64,000 bases of DNA from Vagococcus sp. Lineage in GTDB: Bacteria; Bacillota; Bacilli; Lactobacillales; Vagococcaceae. The position numbers and the translations under genes were made by a program. The notes beneath the pieces were generated by a model, which worked only from the letters and a program-made list of their open reading frames with translations, searched no databases and was not told the DNA's origin. Positions 20,216 to 27,580 of the stretch are shown here, piece by piece (within the stretch, counting starts at the first letter, position 1; each line of letters opens with the position of its first letter). The stretch spans positions 28,012 to 92,011 of the forward strand of contig JBQELZ010000007.1 in NCBI GenBank assembly GCA_052104115.1, given 5' to 3'.

Positions 20216-20866
20216 GTGATATTTATCGCCACATTTAAAGTTGATGCACCTCGAATCCCCACTGAATTAGATGAGATTCTACCAGAATATTTTGACGACG
20301 AGGATCTTATACAAGGTCACTTAATTCAAGATTTCGCTTATAGCAATCGCACTTTCAAACACCTTGTTTTTGAAAAAAATCACTTCATCAAACTAGATTT
20401 TTCTGCCAGTACTCTTACTTCCTTTGAATGTGCAGATTGTCTCTTTGACTCATGTGACTTTTCAAATGTCGAATTGATAGGTGCTTCGTTCCATCGAACT
20501 GTTTTTAAACAATGTAAATTTACGGGAACTAACTTTGCAGAAGCTCTCTTACATAATTGTGAGTTTATTGACTGTAGTATGACTTATACATCATTTAATT
20601 TCAGCGACTTAAAACGACTAACATTTACGGATTGTAAACTCGATTATTCTGAATTTTGTGAGCTATCTTGGCAACATTTAACTTTACATGACTGTTCACT
20701 TAATCAAACCAATTGGATGAGTACACCATTGTCAGGTCTCAAATTATCGACCTGTGACTTCGAACAGATATACTTATCAGGAGATTTGATTAAAGGAATC
20801 ATCATAAATACAGAACAAGCTGTTCTTATCGCACTCACTTTAGGTGTTATTCTTGATGAAACGTAA
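20216..20866 (+). CDS. Pentapeptide-repeat protein
   Basis: Regular 5-residue F/L periodicity (CDFSN VELIG ASFHR TVFKQ CKFTG TNFAE). Start uncertain because the GTG lies inside the AAGGAG RBS. Confidence 0.88.
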   Translation: MIFIATFKVDAPRIPTELDEILPEYFDDEDLIQGHLIQDFAYSNRTFKHLVFEKNHFIKLDFSASTLTSFECADCLFDSCDFSNVELIGASFHRTVFKQCKFTGTNFAEALLHNCEFIDCSMTYTSFNFSDLKRLTFTDCKLDYSEFCELSWQHLTLHDCSLNQTNWMSTPLSGLKLSTCDFEQIYLSGDLIKGIIINTEQAVLIALTLGVILDET

Positions 20867-20890
20867 AAAGTCCCTCAACAGGGACTTTTT

Positions 20891-21421
20891 TTATTCATCA
20901 ATTCTATTAATGTTTGTCACGCCTATCACATACATGACACCACCAAAAAATAAACCTGATGCCACATGTAGTAAGATGGATTTGAGCGTCAACGATTGTA
21001 ATAACTTTTCTTCATTAAACAACGTGCCAAATACTTCATTAAATAGAAACATCCACAAGCCAAATTCTATACCTACTTTGATTGCCTTTTTCTTCATTTT
21101 TTTCTTTTCTTTTTCATAATTTTTTTCTTCTACTTCATAATTAGTAATATCATTGCTGATTGTTGCGTACATGATATATCCACCGATTCCTATGACTCCA
21201 AACAGTCCATTAGCTAGCAATAAAATCCAAAGAGTCCATTCTGGATGCGCTACACCAAACAAGAAAGCAACGATACTAGATACCATCATATATACCCACA
21301 AAGCCATGAATGCTTTATTCCCAATTTGATTCACTTGTTGCTTTTTATATTCGTCGTATACGCCAGTAATGCTATAAAAGCGTTTAATTATTTTTACCCC
21401 TAATGATTCTTTTTCTGTCAT
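20891..21421 (-). CDS. Small membrane protein (DUF3278/DUF6773-like)
   Basis: Four TM helices; IIKRFYSITGVYDEYKKQ...IGNKAF motif; follows an XRE gene. Start at MTEKES behind GGAGG. Confidence 0.65.
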   Translation of the reverse strand: MTEKESLGVKIIKRFYSITGVYDEYKKQQVNQIGNKAFMALWVYMMVSSIVAFLFGVAHPEWTLWILLLANGLFGVIGIGGYIMYATISNDITNYEVEEKNYEKEKKKMKKKAIKVGIEFGLWMFLFNEVFGTLFNEEKLLQSLTLKSILLHVASGLFFGGVMYVIGVTNINRIDE

Positions 21422-21423
21422 CT

Positions 21424-21612
21424 TTATTCCTCCCAAAACAATTGATTCAAATCCGTATCCAATGCTTTTGCTAATTTAAGGCATAGATCGAGTGATGGAT
21501 TGTATTTATTATTTTCAATCAAATTAATCGTTTGTCTTGCTACCCCAACTTCCTTAGCGAGTGCTAGCTGAGACCATTTTTTATCTACTCGAAACATTTT
21601 TACTCGGTTCAT
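21424..21612 (-). CDS. XRE/Cro-like HTH transcriptional regulator
   Basis: SQLALAKEVGVARQTINLIENNKYNPSL, a classic HTH_3 signature. Confidence 0.92.
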   Translation of the reverse strand: MNRVKMFRVDKKWSQLALAKEVGVARQTINLIENNKYNPSLDLCLKLAKALDTDLNQLFWEE

Positions 21613-21628
21613 ATGTCACCTCTTGCAT

Positions 21629-21712
21629 GTCATATATATATGACTAACTAATCTACTATCACTATACATATTCCTTTAAAAGATGTCAACTATATGTGAC
21701 ATCTTTTAAAGG
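21629..21712. promoter_or_regulatory. Paired GTCA-N8-TGAC operators and sigmaA promoter of the XRE operon
   Basis: GTCATATATATATGAC (21629-21644) and a 16-bp inverted repeat CCTTTAAAAGATGTCA-N8-TGACATCTTTTAAAGG (21673-21712) overlapping minus-strand TTGACA-N17-TATAGT. Confidence 0.7.
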
Positions 21713-21783
21713 AAACAAAAAAATAGAGACTACGCTCTAAGCATTGTATAATAAATAAAAATAATGTAATAAAGGAGAGAGAC

Positions 21784-22575
21784 ATGACAATAAAATTAGA
21801 CATGACTTTAACGGATGACAAGACCATTTTAACTTTAGACAACAAGCAAGGTGAGATTATCATTACTGAGACATTACCTAAAAAAAAACCACAACATGCC
21901 TTATTTTTACTTTTTAATCGGCAAGTGTTAGTTGGTGTTGCGACAAACAAAACTGACATAATCAAGACTCCCTTTAACCATGTTGCGATACTATCATTGC
22001 CATGGGATATAGAACCAACTCACCTTGGACAACTTTTTTCCAATCATGCTCATGAGCAAAAAAAACCATTAAAGGTGACATTGACTGAGACTGACATCCC
22101 GCCAAATTCTCTACCTATTGTAACGGTCTATAAAGATAAAATAACCTGTATTCTAGAACGTATCGGCTATCACATGACAGCTAAACCAGAAGAACCCAAA
22201 AAAACAAAGCCTGGTAAAGCTAGACATCGATGGAGTAAAGAAGTGAGTCAAATTGAATTTTTTATTGATTCTAGAGAAAGTACGGCCACTGTTATGTGGC
22301 AAAAAAGAAATGAAATGTTGATTAAATCTGGTGCTACTATGAAAAAAGTTGCTCCTCTAAATAAAGACGGATCGGTTGGTTTTTCAGCAAAAATGGGAGA
22401 TAAAATCCGTTCTGACCATGCCTCTAGCTTTAAAGATTTTACAACAACTGAAGACATTATTCTTAAAAGTGTAAACGAAGTCGGCTTATTTTTATACTAC
22501 GCTGGAACGAATAGCTGGTTAGAAATGATCGACAAAGATGGAAAAACAATTAACGAATGGACTGTTGTAGAGTAG
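21784..22575 (+). CDS. Hypothetical protein; C-terminus resembles DUF4357/RAMA-like domain
   Basis: AGGAG RBS. C-terminal LIKSGA...TTEDIILKSVNEVG..LYYAGTNSW...DKDGKTINEW parallels the DUF4357 pattern (by eye). Confidence 0.55.
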   Translation: MTIKLDMTLTDDKTILTLDNKQGEIIITETLPKKKPQHALFLLFNRQVLVGVATNKTDIIKTPFNHVAILSLPWDIEPTHLGQLFSNHAHEQKKPLKVTLTETDIPPNSLPIVTVYKDKITCILERIGYHMTAKPEEPKKTKPGKARHRWSKEVSQIEFFIDSRESTATVMWQKRNEMLIKSGATMKKVAPLNKDGSVGFSAKMGDKIRSDHASSFKDFTTTEDIILKSVNEVGLFLYYAGTNSWLEMIDKDGKTINEWTVVE

Positions 22576-22610
22576 CAAAAAAAGATATCTCTTCATGTGA
22601 GATATCTTTT

Positions 22611-23603
22611 TTAATTCCAAGCATAAGCATTCGTTTCAGATGCTAAATAGTCTAGCCATTTTGAATCTCTAATCTCTAGAAATGTTAAGGAAATCCCTGC
22701 CATATTAGTGGATGTCATATAATTCCCTGCTTTTTGAAAGGCTACATCAATGCCTTCAAGTAACAACAATCGTTGAATATCATTCGCAAAAATATAGTGT
22801 TCCATGACTGTCGTTGTCCCCAACCCATTAATTAACACTGCAAATGGATACTTTTCTGGAGTATCGTATTGAGACAATAACTTATTTACTAATTCATTAG
22901 CCAAATATTCAGACGAGAAAAATGGCTCTTTTCTATAACCAGCTTCTCCGTGAATCCCAATGCCATAAGATATCTCACCTGGCTTCAAATCAAATGCGGG
23001 AGAATCTTTCCCTAAGGCACGTCCACTAGAAAGGGCAACTCCTAATGTGTTAGTCGCATAAATAACACGCTCTCCTAATTCCTTCAATGCCATCAATGAC
23101 AGCCCATCTCTTGCAGCTGCCCCTAGTATTTTATGCACTAAAACAGTCCCCGCTACACCTCGACGTCTCTTTTGATAACTTCCTTCTTCTATAGAGCAGT
23201 CATCATTAACAATCACGTGTTCCACGTTTAATCCTTCTTTTCTTGCTAACTGTTCCGCTTCTAAAAAATGTGCCACATCTGCTTCAAAATTTTTTATAAT
23301 CAGTAATACACCATGTTGTGTATGAACTTCCCTAATTGCTGTTAATATATCCGCTGCTTTAGGTGGCACAAATATAGGACCACTGACGCTAGCACTAAGC
23401 ATTCCATCTCCCACATAACCAAAATGAGCTGGTTCGTGTCCACTTCCCCCACCACTTATTAGGGCAACTTGGTCTGGATTTGATGAAAGTTGTTTGATTA
23501 TACCTGTATGCTTTACTCTCTCTAATTTATCCTTATGAATAAAAGCTACACCATTTAACACTTGAGATACTGTATCTTTTGGTTTATTAATAATTTGAGT
23601 CAT
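22611..23603 (-). CDS. dhaQ: DhaK paralogue, DhaKLM operon coactivator
   Basis: SGGGSGHEPAHFGYVG, GIHGEAG and KNFEAD (vs KNYSGD in DhaK); second DhaK-like gene of a DhaS-regulated cluster. Confidence 0.8.
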   Translation of the reverse strand: MTQIINKPKDTVSQVLNGVAFIHKDKLERVKHTGIIKQLSSNPDQVALISGGGSGHEPAHFGYVGDGMLSASVSGPIFVPPKAADILTAIREVHTQHGVLLIIKNFEADVAHFLEAEQLARKEGLNVEHVIVNDDCSIEEGSYQKRRRGVAGTVLVHKILGAAARDGLSLMALKELGERVIYATNTLGVALSSGRALGKDSPAFDLKPGEISYGIGIHGEAGYRKEPFFSSEYLANELVNKLLSQYDTPEKYPFAVLINGLGTTTVMEHYIFANDIQRLLLLEGIDVAFQKAGNYMTSTNMAGISLTFLEIRDSKWLDYLASETNAYAWN

Positions 23604-23716
23604 TCTTGTCTTCCTCCACGTTTAACTCATTTTAGTGTAACATAAACCCATTCTTTTCTACACCTATTTAAAAAGCTAGAACCTTATTGGCTCTAGCTTC
23701 ATTTAACTTTTTAATT

Positions 23717-24853
23717 CTAACGACTATATATCATTTTGTAATCGCGACCAATCTTATCTGCTGCGATAATCGCTTGTGCCACTTCATGCTCATCAATCGG
23801 GAATGGCATTGAATGAATTGATTCTTCTGGTATACATGCTTTTTTAGCCACTTCCATAGCTTCTTCTAACGTAATCGACTCTACACCAATATCAGCTAGA
23901 CAAACAGGTAATCCAATAGATAAACTAAAATCCAATACTTCGTGTAGTTCTTCTACTGTTGCATTTTCTAATACTAATTGACAAATGACACTAAATGCCA
24001 CCTTTTCACCATGGAAATAATGATGTGTCCCTTCTAAAGCAGTCAATCCATCATGAATGGCATGAACAGCAGCTAACCCACTGCTTTCAAATCCAATACC
24101 TGATAATAAAATATTAGTTTCCACAATATTCTCAAGTGCTGGGGTAACAATGTTATTGTCACACGCAATTTTAGCATTATAGCCATCTTCTAATAATGTT
24201 TCATAACATACTTTAGCTAAAGTATATGCAGCAATTGTATGCTTCGCTGGTGCGGTTTCTTTCGTCAAATATCCATTTGGCAATCCTGCGTTAACATTTG
24301 AATAAGAACGAGATGTTGCACGTGCTTCAAACATAGTTGATAAAGCATCACCCATGCCTGCCACTAAAAATCGAGTCGGAGCATTGGCAATAATTTTTGT
24401 ATCCACCAAGACTACGCTTGGACTTTGTTTAAAGTAGGCATAATCATCAAACTCACCATCTTCTGTATAAAGAACAGCAGAATGACTTGTAGGTGCATCC
24501 GTTGCAGCAATCGTCGGCACTATAATTAATGCCTCCCCTTCAGCCACACATTTGGATGTATCTATTGCTTTACCACCCCCCAGTCCTATCACACAGTCTG
24601 TCTGTTTTACTTTTGCCACTTCTTGTAAACGTGTCACTTCTTGGCGTGAACATTCGCCATTAAAATGACTTGTCACGATGTCTATGCCAAATTGTTTTGC
24701 CGTTCTATCCAACTGTTCCTGTACACGGTCAATATCATCCTGATGAGCAATCAATAATGCTGACTTCCCAAACGTTTTTACATAATAACCTAAATTGACT
24801 ATCTCATCTTCACCTTGTACATATTTTGTTGGGCATATAAATGCTTTTCTCAT
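23717..24853 (-). CDS. gldA: Glycerol dehydrogenase
   Basis: PTKYVQG, GLGGGKAIDTSK, PTIAATDAPTS, AGMGDALST, HAIHDGLT...HGEKVAF. Confidence 0.92.
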   Translation of the reverse strand: MRKAFICPTKYVQGEDEIVNLGYYVKTFGKSALLIAHQDDIDRVQEQLDRTAKQFGIDIVTSHFNGECSRQEVTRLQEVAKVKQTDCVIGLGGGKAIDTSKCVAEGEALIIVPTIAATDAPTSHSAVLYTEDGEFDDYAYFKQSPSVVLVDTKIIANAPTRFLVAGMGDALSTMFEARATSRSYSNVNAGLPNGYLTKETAPAKHTIAAYTLAKVCYETLLEDGYNAKIACDNNIVTPALENIVETNILLSGIGFESSGLAAVHAIHDGLTALEGTHHYFHGEKVAFSVICQLVLENATVEELHEVLDFSLSIGLPVCLADIGVESITLEEAMEVAKKACIPEESIHSMPFPIDEHEVAQAIIAADKIGRDYKMIYSR

Positions 24854-24872
24854 ACTTAATTCCCCCGATTTT

Positions 24873-25241
24873 TTATTTCACTGTTAATGGTTGTAACTGT
24901 TCATCAATTGCGTCAAAATCTGCTCCTGCTTGTATTAACGCTGCAGCTGTATAGCTACTTTCAATTAAAGCTGTATCGTACAATACAACGTCCTTGTCTG
25001 ACATATCAATTGCCATTTCTAAATTCATTTTGGCACTTCCTAAATCATAAAAAGCTAAAATTCTATCCGCTTCATTTGCTTCAAATGCTGCTGATATTTT
25101 GTCAAAACTTGTTCCAACTCCACCATCGTCTAATCCACCTGCTGTGGTAATCGAAACATCTTTTGCCACTTCTCTAATTAAAATCTCAATCCCCTGTACC
25201 ACGTCTGATACATGAGACACCATAACAATACCTAAACTCAT
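24873..25241 (-). CDS. dhaM: PTS-dependent dihydroxyacetone kinase phosphotransferase subunit
   Basis: GIVMVSH, AGGLDDGGVGTS, DLGSAKMN. Confidence 0.93.
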   Translation of the reverse strand: MSLGIVMVSHVSDVVQGIEILIREVAKDVSITTAGGLDDGGVGTSFDKISAAFEANEADRILAFYDLGSAKMNLEMAIDMSDKDVVLYDTALIESSYTAAALIQAGADFDAIDEQLQPLTVK

Positions 25242-25242
25242 C

Positions 25243-25821
25243 TTATTTCACCTCTGCTTCTAACATTGCTTCAAATAGATAGGCACTAGAAACAGAGCCT
25301 GGGTCAACATGTCCTAATGAACGATCACCTAAATATGACGCTCTGCCTTTTGTTGCCTTGATATCTTTCGTTGCTTCTGCAAATCCGTTAACTTTTTCAA
25401 TCGTTAATTCATCTTGTTTCAATGCAGCAATTGTCGGTGCCCAAGTATCTATCATCGTTTTTTCACCAACGGTTCCTTTACCACGTTTTTCAATTTCAGC
25501 TAATCCAGCCTCTAACACTGTCACTAAATCATCTGATGCCATTGATGCTTTTGTCATCCCCATAAAAGCAGATCCATACAACGGGCCTGATGCCCCACCA
25601 ACTTTACTGATTAAGGTCATTGCAGACACTTTGAAGATATCAGTCACTGTTTCTGGTTGTTTTTCTTGAAGAGCTTTCATCATCTCTGTCGTACCACGTG
25701 CCATGTTTGCACCGTGGTCTCCATCACCAATAGCACTATCTAAATCACTTAAATGCTGTTTGTTTTCAACTACTTTATCTGTAAATAACTGCAACCATTT
25801 TAATACGTTCTCTTTATTCAT
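25243..25821 (-). CDS. dhaL: Dihydroxyacetone kinase ADP-binding subunit
   Basis: LDSAIGDGDHG, VGGASGPLYG, GEKTMID, KGRASYLG. Confidence 0.95.
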   Translation of the reverse strand: MNKENVLKWLQLFTDKVVENKQHLSDLDSAIGDGDHGANMARGTTEMMKALQEKQPETVTDIFKVSAMTLISKVGGASGPLYGSAFMGMTKASMASDDLVTVLEAGLAEIEKRGKGTVGEKTMIDTWAPTIAALKQDELTIEKVNGFAEATKDIKATKGRASYLGDRSLGHVDPGSVSSAYLFEAMLEAEVK

Positions 25822-25832
25822 TTATTGTCTCC

Positions 25833-26819
25833 TTACCAAGCTATTGTGTTTACGCTATAGTTTAATTGTTCTGTCCAGTTGTCTTCTAATTTAATCATGG
25901 TTAATGATAATCCAACCATGTCAATAGAGGTCATCACGTCACCAACTTTTTTATACTTCACATCAATACCATCTTCAGCAAGTAACGCTTTCACATCATT
26001 GATAAAAACAAATTGTTCCATTAATGGTGTACTTCCAAGGCCATTAATCAGCACACCATACTGGTCTCCCTTACTCCAATTAAATTCTTGTTTCAGTTTT
26101 CCTACCATTTCTTTTGCTAACTCTTTAGAAGGTCTTAACGATTCTTTACGATAACCTGGTTCACCATGGATACCTACACCAAATTCAATTTCATTTTCTT
26201 CTAACTCAAAACCAGGTCGGCCTACAGCTGGAACTGTCGCTCCTGCTAACGCAACGCCAACTGTTTTGATATTTGTAACTAACTTGTCTGCCAACTCTTT
26301 AATATCTGATAAACTTTTACCTTGATCTGCAGCCGCTCCCAATATTTTATGAACCAAGATAGTCCCTGCAACACCACGCCTACCAGCAGTGAACGTACTG
26401 TCTTCAACAGCTACATCATCATCAACAATAACTGTTTCCACAGCGATTCCTTCCATTTCTGCCATATCTTTTGCCATTTCAAAGTTCATCACATCACCAG
26501 AGTAATTTTTAATGACTAAAAATACCCCCGCCCCTTGATCAGCTGCCTTAATGCCTTCTAATACTTGATCTGGTGTAGGAGACGTAAAAATTTCTCCACA
26601 AACAGCTGCTGTTAACATACCTTTTCCAACAAAACCAGCATGTGCAGGCTCATGACCACTTCCCCCACCACTCACTAATCCTACTTTTCCTGATTCTTTT
26701 TGTTTTTTGACAATGACATCGGTTTCAGAAACACGTTCAATTAAATCACCGTAAGCAAATGTCATTCCTTCTAGCATTTCGTTTAAAATGTCCTCTGGCT
26801 GATTAATTATTTTCTTCAT
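25833..26819 (-). CDS. dhaK: Dihydroxyacetone kinase DHA-binding subunit
   Basis: SGGGSGHEPAHAGFVG, FTSPTPDQ, KNYSGDVMNF, GIHGEPG. Confidence 0.95.
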   Translation of the reverse strand: MKKIINQPEDILNEMLEGMTFAYGDLIERVSETDVIVKKQKESGKVGLVSGGGSGHEPAHAGFVGKGMLTAAVCGEIFTSPTPDQVLEGIKAADQGAGVFLVIKNYSGDVMNFEMAKDMAEMEGIAVETVIVDDDVAVEDSTFTAGRRGVAGTILVHKILGAAADQGKSLSDIKELADKLVTNIKTVGVALAGATVPAVGRPGFELEENEIEFGVGIHGEPGYRKESLRPSKELAKEMVGKLKQEFNWSKGDQYGVLINGLGSTPLMEQFVFINDVKALLAEDGIDVKYKKVGDVMTSIDMVGLSLTMIKLEDNWTEQLNYSVNTIAW

Positions 26820-26871
26820 GTCTAATATCCCCTCTCATGTTTGTTCTATTTTCGACATCTTCATTATAAAA

Positions 26872-26885
26872 TGAAAAGGGTTTCT
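26872..26885. promoter_or_regulatory. cre-like (CcpA) site
   Basis: TGAAAAGGGTTTCT vs TGWAANCGNTNWCA (2 mismatches), upstream of dhaK. Confidence 0.45.
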
Positions 26886-26892
26886 TTGTAAC

Positions 26893-26914
26893 GGACAAAT
26901 ACAAGTATGTGTCC
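26893..26914 (-). promoter_or_regulatory. DhaS operator
   Basis: Minus strand GGACACAT-ACTTGT-ATTTGTCC matches the GGACACAT-N6-ATTTGTCC site I recall for Lactococcus lactis DhaS. Confidence 0.8.
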
Positions 26915-26986
26915 GCTTACTTTTTTTGTTTGTCATTTAAAGTGTTACTTGTTACTCTAGAGTAGACAGTACGAAGGGGTGAACAC

Positions 26987-27556
26987 ATGGTATCCAATGG
27001 GTCATTAATTACAAAAAAAGTCATTGCCTATTCATTTAAAGACTTAATGAAAACAAAAGACTTTCAAAAAATATCAATCAAAGATATTATGAGTCATGCT
27101 GATTATCGCAGACAAACATTTTACGATCACTTTAGTGACAAATATGACCTTCTTTCTTGGATTTATAACCAAGAAATTACGGAAAATATCGAGCACTTCA
27201 TTAACTATGAACACTGGACAAACATTATCCCCCGAATTTTAACCTATTTTCAAAAAAACAAAGATTTTTATCAACAAACATTAAGACTCACTGAGCAACA
27301 GTCATTTGACCAATATTTTGTTCGTCATACACAACATTTTATTATCACTATTTTGGAGTCTGAGCAATCCTGTTTACCTAAAACAAACAATCATCAAACT
27401 ATTGAAGATATCGCTAAATTCTATGCCTTTGGTCTATCTGGTCTTGTGACAGAATGGGTGTTTAATGACTGCGACACACCTATAGATGAATTAGAATTGT
27501 TTTTAGTCACAGTCATCGAATCTTCTATACTAAAAGACTATAAAAAAATCCATTAG
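26987..27556 (+). CDS. dhaS: TetR-family activator of the dha operon
   Basis: SLITKKVIAYSFK.LM...FQKISIKDIM...RRQTFYDHF.DKYDLL; divergent from dhaK. Confidence 0.9.
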   Translation: MVSNGSLITKKVIAYSFKDLMKTKDFQKISIKDIMSHADYRRQTFYDHFSDKYDLLSWIYNQEITENIEHFINYEHWTNIIPRILTYFQKNKDFYQQTLRLTEQQSFDQYFVRHTQHFIITILESEQSCLPKTNNHQTIEDIAKFYAFGLSGLVTEWVFNDCDTPIDELELFLVTVIESSILKDYKKIH

Positions 27557-27580
27557 ACAGTTTGCCTAATGGATTTTTTA

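Noticed and set aside
20216-20866. Periodic sequence as a DNA tandem repeat or CRISPR array
   Set aside because: The periodicity is at the protein level (pentapeptide repeat). I saw no repeat-spacer array or cas gene anywhere in the window.
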